From positions 1,120,001 through 1,184,000 of the forward strand of contig CAVSNY010000007.1 of NCBI GenBank assembly GCA_963729605.1: a stretch of 64,000 bases of DNA, in the 5' to 3' direction. Positions 1-9,466 of this stretch are shown here, in pieces (positions within the stretch are counted from its first letter, which is position 1; each line of letters starts with the position of its first letter). This DNA is from an uncultured Gammaproteobacteria bacterium. Lineage in GTDB: Bacteria; Pseudomonadota; Gammaproteobacteria; DRLM01. The position numbers were made by a program, and so were the translations under genes. The notes under the pieces were generated by a model that saw only the letters and a program-made list of their open reading frames with translations, was not told where the DNA came from and searched no databases.

Positions 1-33
1 AGAAAAAAATCTCTTTAAGGTACCCACTTCGAG

Positions 34-1020
34 GTGGAAACCCGCAATGGCCTGACGGAATACAAACACTACATCAATGGTGCGGAAGGGCCGGTGGCGC
101 TCTATACCACGCGAAGCAATGGTACTAACCAAATCGCCTATTTACATAAAGATCATCTTGGCTCGGTGGAGTTGGTGACGGATGAAAGTGGTATAGCCAT
201 TGACGTGCGCAGCTTCGACGCGTGGGGCAAACCGCGTAATAGCAATTGGACCGATGCGGCCAGTCCGCTTGCCTTATATGAGACCCACCATGGCTATACC
301 GGTCATGAGCACTTGGATGAAGGTCTCAGTCTGATCCACATGAACGCGCGGCTGTATGATCCGAAGCTGGGTCGGTTTATCCAGGCCGATCCGATAGGGA
401 TAGAGGGGGGGATGAATTTGTATGGGTATGCCGCAAACAATCCCCTGGCATATGTGGATACAACAGGCCGTAATCCGCAGGCTCTATCTCGTTTTGCAAA
501 GCCTCCCGTGGTACCTGGCACGCCCGGATACCAACCGCACGATGATCCGCAACCCGTGGTTTGGATTTCGCCTGAAGCTGATAGATGGGTGAGTGATAAG
601 ATCAATGCACTAGGAGGGTTTGTTGGTGAAAGAATCAATTGGATTAATGCCGTAACAGGCTTCCCAATGCAGATCGGACAAGCGTGGCTGACATCCAGCC
701 CGTTATCAGAAGCAGGTTATCGAGATTTTTTACTGTTTAACGAGGTTGCAGGGGGCGCAGAAGATTTCTTTGCAGGCACCAACTACACTGACAAAGTTTT
801 AGGTCAAATGAAGCAGGGTGATCTTCATTCTTTCCCTGAAAGCGTTAAGGCATTTCAAGAGGCTGGCCAAGCCAGCAAAATTACCGGGGGAGACGGCATT
901 GCACGAGATATGCTGAAAATTCCTGGAGAATATCGAGGTAAACAGGGGGATTTTGAGTTCATCAAAGAAGCAGATGGTTCTATCAATCACCGTCTATTTA
1001 GACCTGCTCCGGGACAATGA
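34..1020 (+). CDS. Rhs-core protein fragment with C-terminal toxin (Ntox19-like predicted BECR-fold RNase); 5'-truncated orphan module
   Basis: Rhs core motifs DHLGS..TDESG, FDAWG, YTGHE, ARLYDPKLGRF, DPIG..GGMNLYGY..NNP..VDTTG. C-terminal tip has DxxxR (DGIAR), E and HxxF (HRLF). In-frame TAA at 16-18 closes the frame upstream. Confidence 0.85.
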   Translation: METRNGLTEYKHYINGAEGPVALYTTRSNGTNQIAYLHKDHLGSVELVTDESGIAIDVRSFDAWGKPRNSNWTDAASPLALYETHHGYTGHEHLDEGLSLIHMNARLYDPKLGRFIQADPIGIEGGMNLYGYAANNPLAYVDTTGRNPQALSRFAKPPVVPGTPGYQPHDDPQPVVWISPEADRWVSDKINALGGFVGERINWINAVTGFPMQIGQAWLTSSPLSEAGYRDFLLFNEVAGGAEDFFAGTNYTDKVLGQMKQGDLHSFPESVKAFQEAGQASKITGGDGIARDMLKIPGEYRGKQGDFEFIKEADGSINHRLFRPAPGQ

Positions 1021-1023
1021 TCG

Positions 1024-1359
1024 ATGGAAAAATTTTGGTCAAGTGAAGTCGATATTATTTTGGGTGTGGGCCGTCCATTGGAAGATGTCGGTGTTCGTAA
1101 CTGGGCGCTTAGTCGGGAAGACGCCTTAGCTGCACTCACTAAGTTCGCTGAAATTGGAATTGCCGTATTAGGTGGAGATGTTTACTCCGACAACGGTGGG
1201 GTTGTTGAATCGAACTACGACAATTGGTATTGCAACCGTGACGATCATGAGTCCGATTCAGCTTACGTTGAGCGGAGCATTGCAGTGGCGAGGAATTACA
1301 TTGAGAAGTACAGAATGCCAGAAAGCAAGGTGCTTTTTGCAATAGTGCCTAAGATTTGA
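1024..1359 (+). CDS. Immunity protein, Imm40-like
   Basis: Starts 3 bp after the toxin stop. NWAL..EDAL, LGGDVY and YDNWYC motifs recalled for Imm40, the usual partner of Ntox19. Confidence 0.75.
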   Translation: MEKFWSSEVDIILGVGRPLEDVGVRNWALSREDALAALTKFAEIGIAVLGGDVYSDNGGVVESNYDNWYCNRDDHESDSAYVERSIAVARNYIEKYRMPESKVLFAIVPKI

Positions 1360-1387
1360 TGTTGCAAAACGCGCGTAAGGCGTAATG

Positions 1388-1423
1388 GTAGGGCGCAATA
1401 ACCGGAGGGCATTGCGCCGGATG
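1388..1423 (+). repeat. GTAG-type REP, family A (left of RAYT)
   Basis: GTAG-GGCGCAAT-AACCGGAGGGC-ATTGCGCC-GGATG imperfect palindrome. Confidence 0.85.
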
Positions 1424-1446
1424 TAAATGACTATGATACTTGCGCA

Positions 1447-1974
1447 ATGCCTGATTATCGACGCGCCTGGTGCCTCGGTGGCACGTATTTCTTTACGGTC
1501 AACCTGCTGCAAAGGCACGGCAATGATCTGCTGGTTCGCCGTATTGATACTTTGCGAGGCGTTGTGAAATCAGTTCGGGCACGCCATCCATTTCTGATTC
1601 ATGGATGGGTCGTGTTGCCTGAGCATCTTCATTGTGTGATCGAATTGCCGCCCGGTGATGGTGATTTTCCACCCGCTGGCGATTAATCAAAATGGAATTT
1701 TCCAAATCACTCCCGCAACGGAACGACGATCGCTTGTAAGGCGAAACGAGGTGAAAGGGGGATATGGCAGCGGCGTTACTGGGAACATCTGATTTGTAAT
1801 GAAGCGGATTTTCGCGCCCATATGGACTATGTGCATATCAATCCATTAAAACATGGATTAGTAGGGCGGGTCCGCGACTGGCCCTATTCGACGTTCCATC
1901 GCTTAGTCGACCAAGGCGTTTACCCCGAGGATTGGGCTGGAGGTGATGAGAATGCATTGGGCTATGACGATTGA
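1447..1974 (+). pseudogene. REP-associated tyrosine (Y1 HUH) transposase, RAYT/TnpA-REP, with three apparent 1-bp deletions
   Basis: GGTYFFTV and VVLPEHLH (HUH), then across frames TRWRLIK..FS, RGERGIWQRRYWEH, YVHINPLKHG, DWPYSTF. Premature TAA at 1684-1686; natural stop TGA at 1972-1974. Confidence 0.9.
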
Positions 1975-2010
1975 CATCCGGCGCAATGCCCTTCGGTTAT
2001 TGCGCCCTAC
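1975..2010 (-). repeat. GTAG-type REP, family A (inverted, right of RAYT)
   Basis: catccggcgcaatgcccttcggttattgcgccctac is the reverse complement of 1388-1423 with 1 mismatch. Confidence 0.85.
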
Positions 2011-2396
2011 GCGAGCTGATTCATGGATGGGTCGTGTTGCCTGAGCATCTTCATTGTGTGATCGAATTGCCGCCCGGTGATGGTGATTTTCCACCCGCTG
2101 GCGATTAATCAAAATGGAATTTTCCAAATCACTCCCGCAACGGAACGACGATCGCTTGTAAGGCGAAACGAGGTGAAAGGGGGATATGGCAGCGGCGTTA
2201 CTGGGAACATCTGATTTGTAATGAAGCGGATTTTCGCGCCCATATGGACTATGTGCATATCAATCCATTAAAACATGGATTAGTAGGGCGGGTCCGCGAC
2301 TGGCCCTATTCGACGTTCCATCGCTTAGTCGACCAAGGCGTTTACCCCGAGGATTGGGCTGGAGGTGATGAGAATGCATTGGGCTATGACGATTGA

Positions 2397-2432
2397 CATC
2401 CGGCGCAATGCCCTTCGGTTATTGCGCCCTAC
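2397..2432 (-). repeat. GTAG-type REP, family A (duplicated copy)
   Basis: Identical to 1975-2010. Confidence 0.85.
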
Positions 2433-2453
2433 GCGAGCTAACGGAGGTATACG

Positions 2454-2861
2454 GTGATGAAGGTTTCTTGCCGCTACCTAGCTCTTTCCGAATTGCCGGG
2501 CACTTTTGATATGACCGCGTATAAGGAATTTGTTCGTCCTTTGGATTATGATTTTAGTCTTGTTCGCGGTGCCGACTATCTGGTGATAGGTGTCGTACAA
2601 AGAAAAGGGACGATATGGTTGTATGTAGTTCCGAGTAACGGTGAACTGGAACTCGATTTTGTTCCCGCAGCGTTATTTGTTTTCGACGAAGCGAAGATTC
2701 CAGTGGGTATGGTTGTAAGAATGGTTAATGAACCGCGACCAAGCCTAGAAATTTTGCCAGAAAGTCTAGCCCGCATTGAAGGATGGTTTGAGCGCTACAC
2801 AGACGAGGATGAGGAGATCGTCAAAATAATCAAATCTGAAGTTGAACGTCACAGTAAATGA
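2454..2861 (+). CDS. Hypothetical protein, probable orphan immunity protein
   Basis: 135-aa acidic ORF of lower GC with a GGAGG RBS at 2443, in a toxin locus and with no toxin directly upstream. Confidence 0.6.
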   Translation: MMKVSCRYLALSELPGTFDMTAYKEFVRPLDYDFSLVRGADYLVIGVVQRKGTIWLYVVPSNGELELDFVPAALFVFDEAKIPVGMVVRMVNEPRPSLEILPESLARIEGWFERYTDEDEEIVKIIKSEVERHSK

Positions 2862-2870
2862 TGTGATTTC

Positions 2871-2947
2871 AAAGTCCGGTAGGTTGGGCTGAACGTTTTT
2901 TGTGAAGTCCAACATTACAACGGAGGCGAATGAAACGATGCGTTACC
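2871..2947 (+). repeat. 77-bp repeat copy 1, containing GTAG REP family B
   Basis: GTAG-GTTGGGCT..AGTCCAAC hairpin plus tail; matches 3969-4045 with 4 mismatches. Confidence 0.85.
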
Positions 2948-3016
2948 GGCGAGCCGATGCGGCGGATGGAAAAAGATGAACGCATCCGCTCAAGCCGAGT
3001 AGCCTAACGCGAGTGA

Positions 3017-3179
3017 GCCAAGTAGGGTGCATTCCATGCACCATTGCATGAGTTGGTATAACGATGGTGTTTTGATGATTAACACCATCATGGAATGAAA
3101 TGCCATGCGTAGGTGTATGACCGCTGGCGGTGGTTGTGTTGACGTGGATTGAAGGCGCATGAAATACACCCTACTTGGC
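3017..3179. repeat. REPIN-like inverted doublet, GTAG REP family C
   Basis: gccaa-GTAG-GGTGCATTCCATGCACC (3017-3042) and inverted ggcgcatgaaatacacc-CTAC-ttggc (3154-3179). Confidence 0.75.
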
Positions 3180-3241
3180 CTGGCGCTCGTGGCGTTTTGC
3201 GGTTCAAGATGAATTAATCGGTGGTTCCTTGGCTTGAATAT

Positions 3242-3937
3242 ATGATGCATCCAATCATCCGCATCGCCAGTTTTGTCGTGTTCACCCTGATGCTTGTCAC
3301 CGGCGGGAAGGGTTCTCTGCTGATGGGCGCTGGTCTGCTCGCGGTTAGCTTTGCGCGGGCCGGAACAGGGGCGTGGCATCCCTCGTGGCGTATGGTGTGG
3401 CGCATGCGGTGGTTGTTTTTGTCTTTGGCGGTGGTGTATTTCTGGTTTACACCCGGCACGACTATCCTGCCGTCTTCCGCCGCCGTGGCCGCTTGGCTGC
3501 CCACGGTGGAGGGGCTTATGCAAGGCGGTTTGCGCATCACGGCCTTGGTGTTGATGGTGATGGCCGCCAGCTTGTTATTGCAAGTCACGTCGCGCGATGA
3601 GTTGCTGGCCGCGGTGTACTGGCTGGCCGCGCCCTTGCGGGTGGCGGGTGTGGCCCGCGAGCGCTTGGCGGTCCGGATCGCGCTGAGCCTGGCGGCGGTG
3701 GGCGAAGTGCAAACGCAATTGCGCGAGGTGTTGGCGGAGCGGCGGACGAAGGATTCGCCGTGGGTCCGCATCGGCGGGGTCGCCGCGGCGGTGTTCGGCC
3801 GGGTGATGGCGAGGGCGGAGGCCGCGCCTTGCGTGACGCTGAGTTTGCCAATGCATTCGGCGCCGCCCGCGGTGCAGTGGGGCTGGCCGGCACTGGTCGC
3901 TGCGTCGATGTGGGCGGCGGGCCGTTTGGCGGGATGA
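3242..3937 (+). CDS. ECF transporter T component (CbiQ/EcfT family), orphan
   Basis: Hydrophobic; RMRWLFLSL..FWFTPG, EGL..GGLR, LL..TSRDELL, ERLAVRIAL. Confidence 0.75.
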   Translation: MMHPIIRIASFVVFTLMLVTGGKGSLLMGAGLLAVSFARAGTGAWHPSWRMVWRMRWLFLSLAVVYFWFTPGTTILPSSAAVAAWLPTVEGLMQGGLRITALVLMVMAASLLLQVTSRDELLAAVYWLAAPLRVAGVARERLAVRIALSLAAVGEVQTQLREVLAERRTKDSPWVRIGGVAAAVFGRVMARAEAAPCVTLSLPMHSAPPAVQWGWPALVAASMWAAGRLAG

Positions 3938-3949
3938 CGGCGCGGCGAA

Positions 3950-3972
3950 TTCAGCGCCGACCGGCGATAAAG
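3950..3972 (+). repeat. 23-bp direct repeat of the glgB 3' end (second copy at 4046-4068)
   Basis: ttcagcgccgaccggcgataaag versus ttcagcgccgatcggcgataaag, 1 mismatch. Confidence 0.85.
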
Positions 3973-4045
3973 CCCGGTAGGTTGGGCTGAACGTTTTTTG
4001 TGAAGCCCAACATCACAACGGAGGCGAATGAAACGATGCATTACC
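3969..4045 (+). repeat. 77-bp repeat copy 2, containing GTAG REP family B
   Basis: GTAG-GTTGGGCT..AGCCCAAC perfect stem; matches 2871-2947. Confidence 0.85.
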
Positions 4046-4046
4046 T

Positions 4047-6229
4047 TCAGCGCCGATCGGCGATAAAGACGATCGCCGCCAGCGGCGGCAGGTTGATGGC
4101 GATGGAATAGGGATAACCCATCCACGGTAAGTTTTCGGCCTCCACCTGGCCGGCATTACCCAGATTGCTCCCCGCATAAAGATGGGAGTCTGAATTCAGC
4201 GCTTCACGGTAAAGGCCGGGATAAGGCACGCCCAAACGGTAGTGCTCGCGCGGCACCGGCGTGAAATTGAGGACGATGACCGCGAGCTGTTCGCCGGCGC
4301 GGCGCAGATAACTCAATACCGATTGCGTCGCGTCGTGGCAGTCGATCCAGTCGAAGCCTTGGGCTTCGAAATCGTAGGCGTGCAGGGCGGGCAGTTCGCG
4401 ATAGAGTTTATTGAGATCGCCCACCAGCCGCCGCACGCCCTGGTGCAGAGGATAATCCAGCACGTACCAATCGAGTTCGGCGTCGAAATTCCATTCCCGC
4501 CCCTGGCCGAATTCGCAACCCATGAATAAGAGTTTCTTGCCCGGATAAGTAAACATATAGGTGTACAAGAGCCGCAGATTGGCGAAGCGCCGCCATTCGT
4601 CGCCGGGCATGCGATGGAGCAGGGAGGCCTTGCCGTGCACCACTTCGTCATGGGAGAAGGGCAGGATGAAATTTTCCGAGAAGCCGTACAACAGGCCGAA
4701 GGTGAGTTTGTCGTGGTGATAGTGGCGATGCACCGGGTCTTTTTGCATATAGGACAGGCTGTCGTGCATCCAGCCCATGTTCCACTTCATGCTGAAGCCC
4801 AGCCCGCCCAGCCAAGTGGGACGCGATACCATCGGCCAGGAGGTGGATTCCTCGGCCATGATCATGGTGCCGGGGAATTCGCTGTGGGTGACTTCATTGA
4901 GCTGGCGCAGAAAGGCGATGGCTTCGAGGTTTTCGTTGCCGCCGTGAATGTTCGGCACCCAATCATCGGCTTGCCGTGAATAATCGAGATACAGCATGGA
5001 GGCCACCGCATCGACCCGCAGGCCGTCGAGGTGAAATTCCTCCAGCCAGAACACCGCGCTCGACAATAAATAATTTTTGACTTCGTTGCGGCCGTAGTTG
5101 TAGATGAGCGTGCCCCAGTCGCGGTGTTCGCCGCGGCGCGGGTCTTCGTGTTCGTAGAGGGCGCTGCCGTCGAAGCGCGCCAGGCCGTGCGGGTCTTTGG
5201 GGAAATGGCCGGGCACCCAGTCGAGCAAGACGCCGATGCCGTGGGCATGGCAGTGATCGACGAAATAACGAAAGTCGTCCGGCGTGCCGAAGCGGCTGGT
5301 GACCGCGTAATTGCCGATGGTTTGGTAACCCCAGGAGGCGTCCAGCGGGTGTTCGGTGATCGGCAGCAATTCGATGTGCGTGAAACCCAGGGGCGTGACG
5401 TAGTCCACCAGGCGGTGGGCCAAGTCGCGGTAATTGAGAAAACCGCCCTGTTGATCGCGTTGCCACGAGCCGAGATGGACTTCGTATATCGACAAAGGCG
5501 CGTGTTGCCAATCATGAGTGGCGCGCGCGGTCATCCAAGGTTGATCTTGCCAGGTATAATCAGCTTCGCCGTGTACCACCGAGGCGGTGCTGGGGCGCAC
5601 CTCGAATTGTTGACCGTAGGGATCGGCCTTGAGCTGGATGGCGCCGCTGTCGCGGTTGCGCAGTTCGAATTTATACAATCGCGCCGGGCGCGAGTCCGGG
5701 GATGAACAACTCCCATACCCCGCTGCCGCCGCGGATGCGCATGGGATGACGGCGGCCGTCCCAGCGGTTGAAGTCGCCCACCACGCTGACCCGCGCGGCG
5801 TTGGGGGCCCAGGTGGCGAAGAGGACGCCGGCGATGCCCTCCACGACATGCGGGTGCGCGCCGAGCAGACGGTAGATATGCCAGTGACGGCCTTCGTTGA
5901 AAAGATGCAGATCGAATTCGGGGATCTGCGGCGGAAAACAATACGGGTCATAGCCGGTGACGACGGCGCCGCCGTCGGTCCGCCATTGCAATCGATAGCG
6001 GTCGGGCACCACGCCGCGGGCGCCCCGCCATTCGAAAAAGTCACCGCCCTTGACGCGCTGCATGGGCAACTTGCCGTCGAGGATCGCGACCGTTGCGGCG
6101 CCCGGCAGGATAAACCCGGACGAGTTCACCCCCGCGGCCGGGGTGTTTACCCAACACCGCGAAGGGATCATGATGCCGTGCTTCTACAATGAGCTGGAGT
6201 TCTTCTGGCGAGTGGCCGCTATTATCCAT
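4047..6229 (-). CDS. glgB: 1,4-alpha-glucan branching enzyme (frameshifts near 5680 and 6110)
   Basis: [67 protein letters not shown]; split over three ORFs. Confidence 0.92.
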
Positions 6230-6450
6230 CGAGATTAAGATGTCCTCTGGTGCGGTGTTACATTACGGGTCGCGCGCGGTTGAGCGGGTCGAGTCTGTTA
6301 TGGATTTTGATGTTACACCATTTCCATTTTGGCGCGGTTTTAATGTTAGCATATCGTTAAGATTGACTTGATCCCGAGGGGGCGTTAGCAACGCCGGGAT
6401 CGGCGATCCGCGCCGGGGTCACGTAAAAATACGGGAGGGAGAATAGCGTA

Positions 6451-7737
6451 ATGGATCGTATGCAAACGGAGCGTTTTGTCAGCCGGCTGACCCAAAACAC
6501 CCTGGCCTTGATTCTGGCCGGCGGGCGCGGTTCGCGTTTGAAGCAGCTGACTTACTGGCGCGCCAAACCGGCGGTGCCGTTCGGCGGCAAATTCCGCATC
6601 ATCGATTTTCCGCTTGTCCAATTGCGTCAACTCCGGCATCCGCCGCATCGGCGTGCTGACGCAGTACAAGGCGCACTCGCTGATCCGCCACATCCAGCAG
6701 GGCTGGGGTTTTCTGCGCGGCCGAGCTCAGCGAGTTCGTCGAACTGGTGCCGGCGCAGCAGCGGATCGACGACTACGTGGTACACGGGCACGGCCGACGC
6801 GGTGTTCCAGAATCTCGACATAATCCGCAGGCAACGATCCCGACTATGTCCTGGTCCTGGCCGGCGATCACATCTACAAGATGGATTACGGCCGCATGCT
6901 CGCCTATCACGTCGCGCAAGGGCGCCGACATGACCGTCGGCTGCATCGAAGTGCCGCTGGACGAGGCCACGCGCCTTCGGCGTCATGGCGGTCGACGAAG
7001 ACTGGCGCGTCACGCTTTCGACGAGAAGCCGCAGCAACCCGCGCCCATGCCCGGGCAGCCGCGACACGGCGCTGGCCAGCATGGGCATCTATGTCTTCAA
7101 CACCCAGTTCCTCTACGAGCAGCTGATCCGCGACGCCGACGACGCCGCACTCCAGCCACGATTTCGGCAAGGACATCATTCCCGCACTGGTCGCCGCGCT
7201 ATCGCGTGTTCGCGCCTATCCGCTTCGGAAGTGCGTAGCGAGGACGACAACGGCCCTACTGGCGCGACGTGGGCACGGTGGACGCGTACTGGGAGGCCAA
7301 CATGGAACTGATCGACGTGACGCCGGAGCTCAATCTCTACGACAAGACTGGCCGATCTGGACCTACCAGGAGCAACTGCCGCCCGCCAAGTTCGTCTTCG
7401 ACGACGAGGGCCGCCGCGGCATGGCGGTCGATTCGATGGTCTCCGGCGGCTGCATCATCTAGCGGCGCGACCGTGCGCCGCTCGCTGCTGTTCTCCAATG
7501 TGCGCGTCAGTCTCCGGATCGAATCGCAGGATTGCGGTGGTGTTGCCCGACGTGGAAATCGGCGAGCACTGCCGCGCTGCACCAAGGTGCGTGGTCGACA
7601 AGGGCTGCCGCATCCCCGACGGCACTGTCATCGGCGAGCGACCCGGAAGCAGGACGCCAAGCGCTTCTACGTCAGCGAAGAAGGCGTGGTGCTGGTGACG
7701 CCGGAAATGCTCGGGCAGAAATTCACCACGGCATTGA
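6451..7737 (+). pseudogene. glgC: Glucose-1-phosphate adenylyltransferase with many frameshifts (possibly a sequence artefact)
   Basis: [71 protein letters not shown] spread across frames. Confidence 0.88.
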
Positions 7738-9466
7738 TGTCCGCGTCATGCGACCGGCTGCAAGGTGGTGCTGTGCTGGCACATGCACCAGCCGGAATAT
7801 CGCGATCTGCTCAGCGGCGAATATCAGTTTCCGTGGACCTATCTGCACGCCATCAAGGATTACGTGGACATGGTGGCGCACCTCGAGCAGCGTGCCGGCC
7901 GCGCGGGCGGTGGTCAATTTCGCGCCGGTGTTGCTGGATCAGATCGACGATTACGCCGCGCAGATTCAGGTTACCTCAAGGACGCGCGACCGCTCTGCGC
8001 GATCCCTTGCTGGCGGCCTTGGATCGCGCCGGCCTTGCCGGTGCGCACCGAACAGCGTCTGGATTTGATCAAGATGTGCCTGCGCGCCAACCGCGGCCGC
8101 ATGATCGATCCCTATCCGCCGTTCAAACATCTCGCCGCAGATGGCGGATTGGTTGAAGGATGAACCGACGGCGGTCGAATATTTCAGCGAGCAATATCTC
8201 GGCGATCTGCTGGCGTGGTATCACCTGGCCTGGATGGGCGAGACGGTGCGGCGGCAAGACGCCCGCGTCGATCGGTTGATGAAAAAAGGCAGCGGCTACA
8301 CCTTGCATGAACGCCACGAACTGCTGATCGATGATCGGCGAGCTGGCGAGCGGCGTCATCGGCGCGTTACCGGGCCTTGGCCGAACGCGGCCAGATCGAA
8401 ATCTCGGTCAATCGCCGTACGCCCATCCCGATCGTGCCGTTGCTGATCGATCTCAGCAGCGCGCGACGAATCTTCGCCCGACGCGCCGTTGCCCTTGTTG
8501 CCGGCCTATCCCGACGGCGAGGCGCGCGCCCGCTGGCACATCGAACGGGGCATGGCCACTTTCGAGCGCCATTTCGGTTTTCGCCCGCGCGGCTGCTGGC
8601 CGTCGGAAGGCGGCGTGAGCGGCGCGGCGCTGAGTTTGTTCAATGAATACGGATTCCAATGGGCGGCCACCGGCGGCGGGGTATTGGGCAAATCGCTGCA
8701 AGCGGCCGGGATCGACGCGCGGCAAGACCGCGCACGCACATGGTATCGCCCCTATAAAATCACCGGCGGCGGCGACATCGCCTGTTTCTTCCGCGACGAC
8801 GCCTTGTCGGACAACTGTCGGGTTTCACCTACGCCACTTGGCACGGCGACGATGCGGTGGCCAATCTCGTGCATCAATTGGAAATCATCGCCGACCAGGT
8901 GGACGATCGGCAAACGTATCTGGTGCCCATCATTCTCGACGGCGAAAACGCCTGGGAGTATTATCCCAACAACGGCTACTATTTTTTAAACGCGCTTTAC
9001 CAAAAATTGTCCGCCCATCCGCGCCTCGAACTCACCACCTTCTCCGATTATCTGCGGAAGGGCGGACAAGCGGGCAGCTTGCCGCGCCTGACGGCGGGCA
9101 GCTGGGTGTACGGCACCTTCTCCACCTGGATCGGCGACGCCGACAAGAATCGCGCCTGGGATATGCTGGGCGCGGCCAAGCAGGCCTTCGATAAATCGCT
9201 GCGCTCCGGTTATCTGGTGGGCGACGCGCGCGCCGCCGCGGAGCATCAGCTCGCGGTATGCGAAGGCTCCGATTGGTGCTGGTGGTTCGGCGATTACAAT
9301 CCGGCGGCGACGCGTCAGCGATTTCGAGCGCCTGTACCGCCTGCACCTCGCCAATCTCTATCACCTGATCGGCGAGGAGCCGCCCGATTATTTGACCCAT
9401 GCCATCAGCCATGGCGGCGGCGGATCGCAGCATAGCGGTACCATGCGCCCGGGTCAGACGAGTTGA
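7737..9466 (+). pseudogene. Glycoside hydrolase family 57 protein with multiple frameshifts
   Basis: [53 protein letters not shown]; TGATG overlap with the glgC stop. Confidence 0.85.

Larger units (their letters stand above)
1594..2439 (+). repeat. Tandem direct duplication with 422-bp period (3' part of RAYT plus REP)
   Basis: 1594-2017 reads identically to 2016-2439; the two copies overlap at a shared CT. Confidence 0.95.

Noticed and set aside
3159-3212. Short ORF MKYTLLGLALVAFCGSR resembling a signal peptide or type I toxin
   Set aside because: It overlaps the REP-C right arm and has no clear RBS.
1388-4045. Repeats as a CRISPR array or integron attC sites
   Set aside because: No regular repeat-spacer period, no cas or intI gene, and no paired RYYYAAC/GTTRRRY boxes; the GTAG plus palindrome structure fits REPs.
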